A DNA stretch of 64,000 nt from an uncultured Gemmatimonadaceae bacterium (GCA_963790305.1 CAWBOC010000009.1:832001-896000); one strand, 5' to 3'. Shown: positions 38,412-48,688, numbered from the stretch's first letter. Translations and numbers: made by a program. The notes: generated by a model from the letters alone, not told the origin.

Positions 38412-39951
38412 TTACTGCGGGGCGAACGCGCGCACGGCGTCGATCGTATCGGCCTCGCTCGCTCGCTTGTCCGGCCGATATCCCTTCACCCGCGCGAACC
38501 TCAGCGCGACCCCGCCCGGATACTGCGTGCTCCGCTGCACCTCGTTGAACGCGATCTCGACGACGAGCTCCGGCCGGACATACACAACGTGCCCGTCGCG
38601 ACGCGTCTCGCGCGCGAGCAGCTCTTTCGTCTGCCACTCGAGCAGCTGGTCGGTCATCCCCTTGAACGTCTTGCCGAGCATGACGAAGCCGCCCGTTGCC
38701 GGATCGCGCGCGCCAAGGTGCAGATTGCTCAACCATCCCTCGCGCCGCCCCGAGCCCCACTCGACCGCGAGCACTACCAGATCCAGGGTCTTCGCGGTCT
38801 TCACCTTGATCCACGCCGAGCCGCGCCGTCCGGCGGCGTACGGCGCCGCGAGCGACTTCACCATCACGCCCTCGTGCCCCCGCTCGAGCGTGTCCGCCTG
38901 AAAACGCTTCGCCGCCTCGACGGATGCACCAACAAGACGAGGCGCTCGATAGGCGGCGGGGACGATCGCCTCGAGTAGCTCCAACCGCGACGACAGCGGC
39001 CGATCGAGCACCTCCTCGCCGTCGTGGAGCAGCACGTCGAAGAAGAATGGCGTCAACGGCAGCTGAGTGCGCAACGTCTCGACGTTGAGCTTCCGGCCAA
39101 AGCGCTGCATCGTGTCCTGAAAAGAGAGCGGCCTGCCCGCTCGCCGCGAGCGCGATGACCTCGCCGTCCAGAATCAGCTCGTTCGCCTCGAGCGCGAGCA
39201 CCGCCTCCACCACCTCCGGCACTCGGGTCGTCACGTCGTTCAGGTTGCGCGTGTACACCGCCACGCGATCGCCCGCGCGATGCACCTGGATCCGCGCCCC
39301 GTCCAGCTTCCATTCCACCGTCGCATCGCCGCTCATGCCTAACGCTTCTTCCACATCGTCCGCCGAGTCGGCGAGCATCGGCTGCACCGGACGAAAGAGC
39401 TCGATCTTGTAGCCTGCGAGCGCCGTCAGTGCCGCTTCGCCTCCGCTGCATACGGCTCCCGCGACCACACCCAGGTCGCCGGCCAGCATCACCGCACGCC
39501 GGAGACGAGCGGCGGGAACGTCTGCGGCCTTCGCGACCGCGTCCAGCATCACTCCCTCGAGCGCGCCCTGCCGCACCTCACCGATCACGAGCGCCGAGAG
39601 GAATCGCTGCTCGTCAGGCGTGGCCCGCACGAACAGGTCCCGGACGAGACGCGCCCGCTCGGCGGCCGATCCCTTCCCTTTTACGGTCTGCAGTGCGGCG
39701 AATGTGCGATCGACATCGATCAGCTCGAGCATCGGCGCCATCGCGGGTTCGCTGGCGCTCGCATCGGCCACCGACGCCCATCCGACGCCAATCTTTCCCT
39801 GCCGCGGCCAGCCGATGAAGAATCCGATCGCGATCGGAACTTCGTCGGCTGTCAGCTCCTTAAGGAAAGCAGCAAGCCTCGAGGTCTTCTCCAGCCGTCC
39901 GGACGCGGCCGCGACGATGTTGGAGGTGTGAACGAGCGCAGCGAGCTTCAC
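38412..39951 (-). CDS. ATP-dependent DNA ligase; +1 frameshift near 39137
   Basis: [14 protein letters not shown] (KxDG), LDGE, then FFFDVL, EGVMVK, WIKVK, LRFARV in the second frame. Confidence 0.88.
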
Positions 39952-40014
39952 GATAGGATGCGGACGTGTCTGGTCGTGGCTACACTACGATACGATGACC
40001 CTGCGAGGCAACGA

Positions 40015-40659
40015 GTGACGACGACTAGCGACAGCGCCGCACCAGCCACCAAAGGCCAGGTGATGCGCTCGTCCGCGCGCTTCTATGACCTGATGGTATG
40101 GCTGCTCACCCTCGGCCGGGAGCGCCCGTTCCGTGAACGACTCGTGGATCTCGCGCGCCTCCAGCCGGGGGAGTCGGTGCTCGACGTCGGCTGCGGGACG
40201 GGAACACTCGCCATCGCCGCCAAACGGCGTGTGGGGCCAACTGGCATCGTCCACGGCATCGACGCGTCGCCGGAGATGATTGCCCGCGCCACCCGCAAGG
40301 CGAACAAGGCGGGCATCGACGTCACCTTCCGCACCGCAGTCGTCGAGGCGCTTCCCTTCGCCGATCGCCAGCTCGACGTCGTGCTCAGCACGCTCATGCT
40401 GCACCACCTTCCTCGGGCGACGCGCGAACAGAGTGCGCGAGAGTTTCGCCGCGTTCTCAAACCCGGCGGACGCGTGCTCGCCGTGGACTTTGGAATGCCA
40501 GGCCGACACCGCAAGGGAATTATCAGTCACCTCCACCGGCGCGGTCATCTCACCCTCGACAGCGTGATCGAGTTGCTGAGCGCGTCAGGGATGAAGGTCG
40601 TGGAGAGCGGGCCCGTCGGAGTGAGAGACCTGCACTTCACCGTGGCGACCGCCCGATGA
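40015..40659 (+). CDS. class I SAM methyltransferase
   Basis: VLDVGCGTG, GIDASPEM, RVLKPGG; start uncertain. Confidence 0.85.
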   Translation: MTTTSDSAAPATKGQVMRSSARFYDLMVWLLTLGRERPFRERLVDLARLQPGESVLDVGCGTGTLAIAAKRRVGPTGIVHGIDASPEMIARATRKANKAGIDVTFRTAVVEALPFADRQLDVVLSTLMLHHLPRATREQSAREFRRVLKPGGRVLAVDFGMPGRHRKGIISHLHRRGHLTLDSVIELLSASGMKVVESGPVGVRDLHFTVATAR

Positions 40660-40674
40660 TGACAAGCGATCCGG

Positions 40675-41058
40675 TCAGCTGCGAGCTCTTGACACGGCAG
40701 CGGCCTTGGCGGAGACGATGAGGTCGCTCACACCCGGCCGTTCCAGATCCGACTTCGCGTTGAACTGAACGTACCTATGCCGCTTGCCTTTTCCCTCCAT
40801 GAGATGATGGGGATCGGCAAGATCGGCCCCACCCACCAGGCCGAGCTTCACGCCAGACTTGCTCGGGATGATGGTGCAGACGAGGCCGGCGTAGCCCGCA
40901 CCAACGTTGTAACCTATGACCCGCCCGGACCGATCGACGGTCTCCTCTGCTTCGGGGATCGCTTTCGTTATCAGGGAACGGAGGGAGAGCGCGATGTCCT
41001 TCACCGCCACTGGATAGGTGGCGAGAAACTCCTGAGCCGCATCGATTTTCGTCGCCAT
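40675..41058 (-). CDS. DUF1801 family protein
   Basis: LRSLI..AIP.AEE, LADPHHLMEGKGKRHRYV. Confidence 0.7.
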   Translation of the reverse strand: MATKIDAAQEFLATYPVAVKDIALSLRSLITKAIPEAEETVDRSGRVIGYNVGAGYAGLVCTIIPSKSGVKLGLVGGADLADPHHLMEGKGKRHRYVQFNAKSDLERPGVSDLIVSAKAAAVSRARS

Positions 41059-41217
41059 CGGGCCTCGCGCGCGGTTGATCGCCATCGTCGAATTACACCG
41101 CTGCCGGCCGCGGCGCCAGAACGGAAGGCGGATTTCGGCGTGCTTGTCGATTTCGCCGCCCTTTACTCGACGTTCTTGTACAGGGGCAGGCGCAAATACT
41201 TCGTTTAGAGAGGCTTC

Positions 41218-41796
41218 ATGAGAAAGCTGATTGTTTCCGAGTTCGTGACTCTCGACGGTGTGATGCAGGCACCGGGCGGAAAGGACGAGGATACCGATGG
41301 AGGGTTCAAGCACGGCGGCTGGACGATCCCCTACTGGCACGACGCCATCGGCGAGCGCTTCGGCAATCTGTTGAAAGACGTCGATACCCTTCTGCTGGGC
41401 CGTCGCACCTACGTCATCCACGGTGAAGCGTTCGAGCCGAATCCGGAGCAGGACCCCTTCGCCGGCGCGAAGAAATACGTGGTCTCGAAGACGCTCAAGA
41501 AGCCGGTCTGGCGCGACACGACCATCATTCGCGACAACGTCGTGGAGTCGGTGCGTCAGCTCAAGAAGGAGTCGGGGAAGAGCATCTTCACCGACGGCAG
41601 CAGCCAGCTCGTTCACACGCTGATCGAAAACGACCTCGTCGATGAGCTGCGCCTGCTCGTCTATCCCATCACGCTGGGCGGTGGCAAGCGTGTACTCCCG
41701 GAAGGGGCGCACGCGAAGTTCAAGCTGATCTCGGCCACGCCGTATCCGAGTGGCGTGGTAGGCCTCGACTACGCGCGGGATAGCGGAAGGAAGTGA
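41218..41796 (+). CDS. dihydrofolate reductase-like (RibD C-terminal) protein
   Basis: EFVTLDGVMQAP, LLLGRRTY, LVDELRLLVYP..LG.GK. Confidence 0.9.
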   Translation: MRKLIVSEFVTLDGVMQAPGGKDEDTDGGFKHGGWTIPYWHDAIGERFGNLLKDVDTLLLGRRTYVIHGEAFEPNPEQDPFAGAKKYVVSKTLKKPVWRDTTIIRDNVVESVRQLKKESGKSIFTDGSSQLVHTLIENDLVDELRLLVYPITLGGGKRVLPEGAHAKFKLISATPYPSGVVGLDYARDSGRK

Positions 41797-41831
41797 ATTC
41801 GCCGTCGCGGCCATAGAAGCGCACGCTATGA

Positions 41832-41863
41832 AAAAGCGGCCACCGTATGAGGTGGCCGCTTTT
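41832..41863. terminator. bidirectional intrinsic terminator
   Basis: AAAAGCGGCCACC-GTATGA-GGTGGCCGCTTTT between convergent genes. Confidence 0.8.
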
Positions 41864-41894
41864 GCGTTCGTCCGTGCCGGGAGTGTCGCGACGT

Positions 41895-42206
41895 TTAGCG
41901 CGCTACGTGGCCGAGATCTCGGTCCAGCTCCCGCATGGCCGCTTCGTAGTGCGGATCGACCGGGGCCATCGGCAGCTCGGCGATCGGGCTCTTTCTCCTC
42001 GCGCGAGTCGGTCCGCACACGAGATGCCCGATGAGCCGGAACGCAGCCCAGCCGATCAATCCGAAGACGGCGAGTTTCAGCGCCAGCACGGCGAGGCCGA
42101 CCAGCGCGCCGAGGATTCCGAGCGCGGTCGCGAGCACAATGATCGAGACGGGAACCACGACCAGGAGTGCGATCACGACCTTCAGAAGCGTCCAGAGCAC
42201 TTTCAT
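41895..42206 (-). CDS. small membrane protein
   Basis: long hydrophobic N-half, DPHYEAAMRELD tail, GGAGG RBS. Confidence 0.75.
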   Translation of the reverse strand: MKVLWTLLKVVIALLVVVPVSIIVLATALGILGALVGLAVLALKLAVFGLIGWAAFRLIGHLVCGPTRARRKSPIAELPMAPVDPHYEAAMRELDRDLGHVAR

Positions 42207-42248
42207 GTACGTCCTCCGACTCACGCGTAGGAATGACTCACCAAGCAC

Positions 42249-42275
42249 TACGCAAACCGACGAGACGAGGTTTCA
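42249..42275 (-). promoter_or_regulatory. candidate ECF-sigma promoter
   Basis: minus strand TGAAAC-N17-CGTA, next to a divergent ECF sigma gene. Confidence 0.6.
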
Positions 42276-42298
42276 GGTGCGGCCCGAAGGGTCCGGGC

Positions 42299-42343
42299 AG
42301 CGCCTTTAGCGCCTCTAGCGCCTCTAGCGCCTTTAGCGCCTCT
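42299..42343. repeat. nonamer tandem repeat (AGCGCCTYT) x5 (family D)
   Basis: five consecutive units read directly. Confidence 0.9.
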
Positions 42344-42395
42344 GCTGTGTCCCGAGTCAACCATATTTCGCATCCCGTTGTCCCACGAGCGAGAC

Positions 42396-42983
42396 ATGGA
42401 GATGGATAGCACCCTGGCACCGGAGCGAGCGCACCAGCTCGCGGACCAGCGCGCGCTCATCGAGCGCGCGCGCCGGGGGGACGCATCCGCGCACCGTGCC
42501 TTGTACGACGCGCACGTGGAGCAGATCTACCGGCTCACCTTTCGGTTGACCGGAGCCGAGCACCTCGCGCGTGATGTCACGCAGAACGTCTTCGTCAAGG
42601 CCTTCGCGTCGCTCGATGGATTTCGGGGAGACTCCGCATTTGGAACGTGGCTGCATGCGATCGCGGTTTCGCTGTCGCTCAACGAGATCAGACGACGCAA
42701 GCGCGAATGGGCGCGGAACGCACCGCTCGACGACGCGACCGCGCTTGCCGCATCGGGCCCGCGCTCGGACCCGCTGCTGCGGGAGAAAGTGATGGAAGCG
42801 GTGAACGACCTGCCGCCGGGGTGTCGGGCGGTGTTCATGATGCATGACGCCGAAGGCTACACGCACCAGGAAATCGCGGCGGCGCTCGGAGTGAATGTAG
42901 GAACGTCGAAGGCGCAACTCTCGCGGGCCCGCGGCAAGCTTCGCGTCGCACTCGCGATGTTCGCGGAGGAATGGGAACGATGA
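42396..42983 (+). CDS. ECF RNA polymerase sigma factor
   Basis: DVTQNVFVKAF..L..FRG.SAF.TWL; GYTHQEIA..LG..VGTSKAQLSRAR. Confidence 0.92.
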   Translation: MEMDSTLAPERAHQLADQRALIERARRGDASAHRALYDAHVEQIYRLTFRLTGAEHLARDVTQNVFVKAFASLDGFRGDSAFGTWLHAIAVSLSLNEIRRRKREWARNAPLDDATALAASGPRSDPLLREKVMEAVNDLPPGCRAVFMMHDAEGYTHQEIAAALGVNVGTSKAQLSRARGKLRVALAMFAEEWER

Positions 42984-43702
42984 GAAATGACATGAATGAC
43001 GATCGCTATGACTTCGACGAGGGCGCCGGTCCCGACTTTGGACCGGACGCCGACGTCGTGCCTGACGAGGATCCGGCGTTCGATGCATGGATTCGGAAGA
43101 CGGCGCCGACGCTGAACGCGCCGAATGCCGCGCCGCGTCTCGAGATGTGGGCGGCGATTCAGGCGGCGCGCAGGACCGTCGCCACGCCCCCGCGTCGCAA
43201 GCCATGGTTTCTGATATCGGCGATCGCCGCCGCGCTGCTGCTCGGTGTCGCGATCGATCGCGTCGCGCTCCGAAGCGTCGATGCTCCAACCGCGCCGGTT
43301 GTCGCGGTTACCGAGACCCCTTCCGACCCCAGCGAACCCGCACGCCTCTACCGCATGGCAGCCGCGCAAACGCTGACGCAGGCCGAAGCGCTGCTCACGG
43401 CGTTTCGCACCAGTCCGCGAAGTCCCGTGGGCACCGAGCAGCTGGGAAGCTGGGGACGGCAAGTCCTCGGCAGCACGCGCCTTCTCATCGACTCACCCGC
43501 CGGCGAAGACCCGCAGCTCCGCGCATTACTCAACGATCTCGAGCTCGTGCTGGTGCAGATCATCCAGCTGTCCGGCGCCGAGCTCGACCCGACCGACCGC
43601 GCGCTCATCGAAGGCGCGCTCGAGCAGAGCGATCTACTTCCACGAATCCGCACCGCGGTTCCTGCCGGCGTCCCCGGCGCGGACGCTGTGTCAGGCGATT
43701 GA
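42980..43702 (+). CDS. putative single-pass anti-sigma factor
   Basis: coupled to the sigma gene; central TM WFLISAIAAALLLGVAI; LLNDLELVLVQI helix. Confidence 0.65.
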   Translation: MRNDMNDDRYDFDEGAGPDFGPDADVVPDEDPAFDAWIRKTAPTLNAPNAAPRLEMWAAIQAARRTVATPPRRKPWFLISAIAAALLLGVAIDRVALRSVDAPTAPVVAVTETPSDPSEPARLYRMAAAQTLTQAEALLTAFRTSPRSPVGTEQLGSWGRQVLGSTRLLIDSPAGEDPQLRALLNDLELVLVQIIQLSGAELDPTDRALIEGALEQSDLLPRIRTAVPAGVPGADAVSGD

Positions 43703-43713
43703 GGACCTAACCA

Positions 43714-45105
43714 ATGATCACCAAACTTTTCGTCGGCGCGAGCGCTATCGCCCTGCTCGCCACCTTCCCGGGCGTGACCGATCAATCGATCGGGGGCGAC
43801 ACGCGCTTCGAGTCCCTCGTGGTTGCGCTGGAGCCCGGCTTCGCGCAGACGCCACCGGAGCCCTGGGCTGAGGCGGACCCAGCCGACTCGCTCTACCGTT
43901 TGGGTCGCGAAGCCATCAATCGGGGTGAGTTCCGCCGTGCTGCAAGGCTCTTCGCCGAGATCAGCGAGAAGCATCCACGTTCGGAGTACGCACCCGACGC
44001 ACCGTACTGGCGCGCCTTCGCGCTCTACCGCGTCGGGGACGAAGATAACTTGCGTGAAGCGCTCAAGATCCTGGACACGCAGCAAAGGCGCTTCCCGCGG
44101 GCGACGACGGTCGCGGACGGGAGGGAGCTCGCCATTCGCATCCGCGGCGTGCTCGCCAAGCAGGGCGATGTGGAATCGGCCGAGGCAGTGACGCGGGCCG
44201 CCGGACAGAACCGGCCGTGCACACGCGACGACGAGGACACCGAGATTCGCGCGGCAGCGATGAACGCCCTCCTCCAGATGGACGCGGAGAGCGCGCTCCC
44301 AATCATCAAGCAAGTGCTGCAGAAGCGCGACGAATGCTCGGTCTCGCTGCGCGAGAAGGCGGTGTTCCTCCTGTCGCAGAAGCAGTCATCCGAGACGGAG
44401 GAGCTGCTTCTCGACATCATACAGAACGATCCGAGCCGCTCCGTGCGCGCTCAGGCGGTGTTCTGGCTGGGCCAGGTCCGCACGGAGCGAGCGGCGGAGG
44501 CCCTCGAGCGAATCGCCACATCGTCCCCCGACATGGAGCTTCGCGAGAAGGCGATCCACTCGTTGCACGAGCATGGCTCCGCTCGCGCGGCGGCGGTGCT
44601 GCGACGCCTGGCCGAAAGCGCGCAGACGCCCGAGAACGTCCGCCAGCAGGCGATCTTCTGGCTTGGGCAGCGCCGCTCGCAGGAGAACGCGGACTTTTTG
44701 CGCTCGCTCTTCGGGAAGATAGACAACGACGACCTCGGCAAGAAGATCCTGTTCTCGCTGTCGCAGATGCGCGGCTTCGGGAACGACCGCTGGCTGCTCG
44801 AAATCGCTCTCGACGAAAAGAACAGCGCGGATCTGCGCGGACACGCGCTCTGGACCGCCGGCCAGGCCGGCATCGCGGGAAGCGAGCTCGTGACGGTCTA
44901 CGATCGGCTGTCGGACCCGGAGGTGAAGGAGAAGCTCATCTGGGTGATGTCGGAGTCGCGTGATCGCGCCGCGACGGACAAGCTCATCGAGATCGCGCAG
45001 AGGGACTCCGATCGCGAGATGCGCAAGAAGGCGTTGTTCTGGCTCGGCCAGAAGAACGACCCGCGCGTCAAGCAGATTCTCATCGACATTCTCAACCAGC
45101 CGTGA
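43714..45105 (+). CDS. exported TPR + HEAT-repeat protein
   Basis: TPR-like LY.LG..A.....F..A...F...YAPDAPYW.AF; repeated A(V/I/L)FWLGQ units. Confidence 0.85.
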   Translation: MITKLFVGASAIALLATFPGVTDQSIGGDTRFESLVVALEPGFAQTPPEPWAEADPADSLYRLGREAINRGEFRRAARLFAEISEKHPRSEYAPDAPYWRAFALYRVGDEDNLREALKILDTQQRRFPRATTVADGRELAIRIRGVLAKQGDVESAEAVTRAAGQNRPCTRDDEDTEIRAAAMNALLQMDAESALPIIKQVLQKRDECSVSLREKAVFLLSQKQSSETEELLLDIIQNDPSRSVRAQAVFWLGQVRTERAAEALERIATSSPDMELREKAIHSLHEHGSARAAAVLRRLAESAQTPENVRQQAIFWLGQRRSQENADFLRSLFGKIDNDDLGKKILFSLSQMRGFGNDRWLLEIALDEKNSADLRGHALWTAGQAGIAGSELVTVYDRLSDPEVKEKLIWVMSESRDRAATDKLIEIAQRDSDREMRKKALFWLGQKNDPRVKQILIDILNQP

Positions 45106-45110
45106 TCGCC

Positions 45111-46400
45111 ATGCGAACCTTCATCGCCCTCAGCGCCTTCAGCGCCTTTAGCGCGCTTAGCGCCCAGTCTCTCACGTCCCGCGTCGCCAACGCTCCCGAT
45201 GGCGTGGTGCGAATGCAGATCGAGCCCCGGGTGGGCGTGTGCGGCAACGGTCGTGACCTCGTCGGTTATAGGAGTGCGATCTTCGCTCGCAACTTCCAAT
45301 CGATTGGAGGACACTGGAACAGCAGCGACTGCGATCCCGGCCCCCTCCGGGTCACGCTCACCGTGTCGGACGGCCAGGTGACGCGGGTGCAAACCCAGGT
45401 CGGCGGCTCGTGGCCCGCCAGTGAGTCGCGCGCAACGGATCTCGGTGATGTGCCGCCCAACGAGGCGTCGTCGTACTTCTTCTCGCTCGTGCCGCGGCTG
45501 GAGTCAGCGTCAGGCAAGGATCGCCTGCTCCTCCCGGCGGTGCTCCCTAACGACGCACCGGTCATCCAGCCGCTGCTCGCGCTCGCACGGGATCCACAGC
45601 GCACGGAGCACACGCGTAGCCAGGCGATACTGTGGCTCGGGCAGCTCGGCGACGAGACGGTCATCCCCGCGCTCGTCCAGTTCGCGCGCGACGACGCGGA
45701 CGATGGAGGGAGCCGCAAGGGAAGAAAGAAAGGACTCGGCAGCGCGGCGATGGCGGCGCTCAACACGCTGGACGGCGACATCGGCGTTCCGGCGTTGATC
45801 GACCTCGCGCGCACCGGGAGTGTCGGCACGAGGCACGACGCGGCGTTTTGGCTCGGCCAGAATGGGAGCGAGAGCGCGCGCCGCACCCTGCACACGATGA
45901 TCGAGAACGCGAACGAGGCGAGCCGCGTGCGGTCGCATGCCATCTTCTCGCTGACGCATGGCGGTGACACGCCGGAGTCGGAGTTCGCGTATCTGCGGAA
46001 TCTCTACCCGCGTCTCGATGACCACGACGTGAAGGAAGCGATCATCCAGGGCATGCAGGAAGACGAAGGCGCGGGGGGACGCTGGCTGATCGAGCGCGCG
46101 CTGGACCCGCGGGAGCCATTCGAGCTGCGCAAGAAGGCGATCTTCTGGGCAGGCCAGCGCGACGAGACGCCCACCGCGGATCTCGTCCGCGTCTACCGCG
46201 ACGCTGATGAACAGGACCTGCGCGAGCACGCGATCTTCGTGCTTTCGCAGCGGGAGGACGAGGCCGCGATCGACGAGCTGATGCGCATCGCACGAAGCGA
46301 TTCCGACACGGAGCTGCGCGGCAAGGCGCTCTTCTGGCTGGCGCAGAAAGACGACCCTCGAATCAAGAAGCTGATCGCCGACCTCATCCTGAAGAGGTAG
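45111..46400 (+). CDS. exported HEAT-repeat protein
   Basis: signal peptide, GVCGNG N-domain, repeated AxFWLGQ/AIFVLSQ. Confidence 0.85.
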   Translation: MRTFIALSAFSAFSALSAQSLTSRVANAPDGVVRMQIEPRVGVCGNGRDLVGYRSAIFARNFQSIGGHWNSSDCDPGPLRVTLTVSDGQVTRVQTQVGGSWPASESRATDLGDVPPNEASSYFFSLVPRLESASGKDRLLLPAVLPNDAPVIQPLLALARDPQRTEHTRSQAILWLGQLGDETVIPALVQFARDDADDGGSRKGRKKGLGSAAMAALNTLDGDIGVPALIDLARTGSVGTRHDAAFWLGQNGSESARRTLHTMIENANEASRVRSHAIFSLTHGGDTPESEFAYLRNLYPRLDDHDVKEAIIQGMQEDEGAGGRWLIERALDPREPFELRKKAIFWAGQRDETPTADLVRVYRDADEQDLREHAIFVLSQREDEAAIDELMRIARSDSDTELRGKALFWLAQKDDPRIKKLIADLILKR

Positions 46401-46403
46401 GGC

Positions 46404-47189
46404 ATGCATTCTCGAGCATTCGTGAGCGGCTTCGTCGCAATGGTCACGATCGTGACGCCGCTCCAGGCGCAGTCGCTCGCGTCTCGTGTCGCGGCCGCGG
46501 AAGACGGAGCTGTCACCTTTCATTATGCTCCGCGTCCCGGCATCTGCGGCGACGGCGAGTCTTTCGTCAGGACAGGGCGGTCGTCATATCACGGGTCGTT
46601 TTCGACCAACCGCAAGATGGAGCCGTGCATCTTCGGTCCCGTGCAGGTCCGTCTCAGGGTCAGCGACGGCGCCGTAGATCATGTGGAGACCTGGGTCGGT
46701 CCGCTGCGGTCTCGCAATGCCCACGACCTGGGCGAGGTCTCTGCGCCGGAGGCGGCGCGCTACCTGATGACGATTGCCGCCCAGGGGACGCGTGGGGCCA
46801 GCGCGAAGGCGATCTTCCCCGCGGTGCTCGCCGACAGCGTAACCATATGGCCAGCGCTCCTTGCCATCGCCCGGGACGGCGACAAACGCTCCAAGGGTAC
46901 TCGGCGTGACGCGATGTTCTGGCTCTCGCGCTTCGCCAGCGGCGCCGTCGTCGGGCAGCCCAACAACCCGTTCGCCGACGAGGAAGAGGAGAAGAGCGCC
47001 GACGACGAGCTCAAGAGCCACGCCGTCTTCGTGATGTCGCAGCTCCCGCGCGATGAAGGGATTCCGCAGCTGCTCGAGATCGCCCGCTCCAATCGGAACT
47101 GGCGGGTGCGCAGTCAGGCGTTCTTCTGGCTTGGGCAGAGCGGCGATCCGCGCGCCGTCGACCTCTTCGAATCCGTGCTCCGTCCCTGA
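46404..47189 (+). CDS. exported HEAT-repeat protein (shorter paralogue)
   Basis: AQSLASRVAA, GICGDG, DLGEVSA shared with the previous gene; AFFWLGQSGDPRA. Confidence 0.85.
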   Translation: MHSRAFVSGFVAMVTIVTPLQAQSLASRVAAAEDGAVTFHYAPRPGICGDGESFVRTGRSSYHGSFSTNRKMEPCIFGPVQVRLRVSDGAVDHVETWVGPLRSRNAHDLGEVSAPEAARYLMTIAAQGTRGASAKAIFPAVLADSVTIWPALLAIARDGDKRSKGTRRDAMFWLSRFASGAVVGQPNNPFADEEEEKSADDELKSHAVFVMSQLPRDEGIPQLLEIARSNRNWRVRSQAFFWLGQSGDPRAVDLFESVLRP

Positions 47190-47225
47190 GCGAGGTCACG
47201 CCGTGATTCATCGGTATCACCGCCA

Positions 47226-48623
47226 TCAGTGATCGGCGGACTCGACTGGCGTGATGCCGTGATCGCGGACCGCCTCGAGCGTTGCACCGACCCCGTACGT
47301 CCCTAGCGCCACCGCGAGGGACGTAAGGAACGGCAACGGCAGCCCGGCCGCGAGCGCGCCGAGATAGGCGAGCATGCCCGCAGCCAGCGTCGCGATCGCG
47401 GTCCTTGGGCCACCAATGGACGTAAACAGGCCGAAGACGATCGTCACGAGCGCGCCGGCGCTGCCGAACGCGGAGGCCTGCTCGACGAGCGCGAACACGC
47501 CCTCCGCATGCAGGGCGAGGACGTAGGCGACAACGCCGAAGCCCATGACGCCGGCCCGCGCGATCAGGACCTTCCTTCGCTCACTCGTTATGCGCGCGAT
47601 CGGCACGATGAGGTTATGCGAGAGAAGCCCGGATGCGACGAGCAGCGTGCTGTCCACCGTCGAGAGAATTGCCGAGATCAGCGCCCCGGCAAATATCGCG
47701 TACCCCAGCGTCGGCAGGACCTCGCGAGCAACGACCGGCACGATCTGCTCCGCGTCCGCAACCCCAGGAACGACGCTGGCGCCGACGAGACCAATGAAGA
47801 GAGGAATAGACCCGAACAGCAGGTACAGAGCGGCGGCGGCGAGCGACGATCGCCGGGCGACCTGAGGGGAGGGCGTCGCGATCACGCGCGATACCAGCTC
47901 GGCGGCAACGACGGACCCGCACACGGGGATGGCCCAGGCCTCGATCGCCTGCAGTGCCGATCGACCGCCGGAAGAAATGCCCAGCTGATCGCGTGAGGCG
48001 AGCACGGTGACGGCGTCCGTGGGGCCGCCGAGGTGGATCACGACGCCCGCGAACAGGATGAGAAGTCCCACGGCGAGCACGCCGCCCTGAATCACATCGG
48101 TGATCGCATCCGCGAGCAGGCCCCCGAACGCGGTATAGAGAATCGTGAATCCCGCCGCGATGGCGATGGCGGCTTCGATCTGGAGCGGGGTTCCGGTGCT
48201 GAGCACGGAGCCGAACGCGCGGACCTGGGCAGCCGCCCAGAGCACCGAGCTCGGGATGAGAATCAGCGCCGCGCAGCGCTCGGTCGTCGCCGAGAAGCGA
48301 TCGCGAAACAGATCCGCGAGCGTGGTGAGACGGCGGCGCCACAAGGGAACCGCGAAGACCAGTCCCATGAGCACCAGACACAAGCCGTAACCGAACGGCT
48401 CCGCGGAGGTCAGCGAGAACCCCTCGCGCAGCGCGCGTCCACCGGAGCCGATGATGGTTTCGGCACCAAACCAGGTGGCGAAGATGGAGAAGGTGGCCAG
48501 CGTATAGCCGAGTCGCCGGCCGGCGACGAGATAGTCCTCCTCGGTTCTGATGCGCCGTGAGACCCAGAACCCGATCCCGAGCTGGACGGCGAGATACGCG
48601 AAGATGGCGAGGAGGGTCACCAT
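47226..48623 (-). CDS. sodium:solute symporter
   Basis: DYLVAGR.LG, FATWFGAET, SAILSTVDS. Confidence 0.9.
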   Translation of the reverse strand: MVTLLAIFAYLAVQLGIGFWVSRRIRTEEDYLVAGRRLGYTLATFSIFATWFGAETIIGSGGRALREGFSLTSAEPFGYGLCLVLMGLVFAVPLWRRRLTTLADLFRDRFSATTERCAALILIPSSVLWAAAQVRAFGSVLSTGTPLQIEAAIAIAAGFTILYTAFGGLLADAITDVIQGGVLAVGLLILFAGVVIHLGGPTDAVTVLASRDQLGISSGGRSALQAIEAWAIPVCGSVVAAELVSRVIATPSPQVARRSSLAAAALYLLFGSIPLFIGLVGASVVPGVADAEQIVPVVAREVLPTLGYAIFAGALISAILSTVDSTLLVASGLLSHNLIVPIARITSERRKVLIARAGVMGFGVVAYVLALHAEGVFALVEQASAFGSAGALVTIVFGLFTSIGGPRTAIATLAAGMLAYLGALAAGLPLPFLTSLAVALGTYGVGATLEAVRDHGITPVESADH

Positions 48624-48688
48624 TCGAGAATTTTAGCTCCACCGGCGATATTCGTTAGCAGCTACTCACGTGCGCACCCGGAGGAACC

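Noticed and set aside
37978..39951. Programmed frameshifting in the ligase and the other split genes
   Set aside because: No slippery sequence or shared context, and five unrelated genes are affected; error is the simpler explanation.
40675..42018. 447-aa minus-strand ORF
   Set aside because: Only the last ~127 aa look like a real protein; the rest is antisense to the DHFR-like gene.
47210..47262. Imperfect inverted repeat (CGGTATCACCGCCA / TGGCGTGATGCCG) as another hairpin family
   Set aside because: Single, short copy between convergent genes; compatible with an ordinary terminator-like stem.
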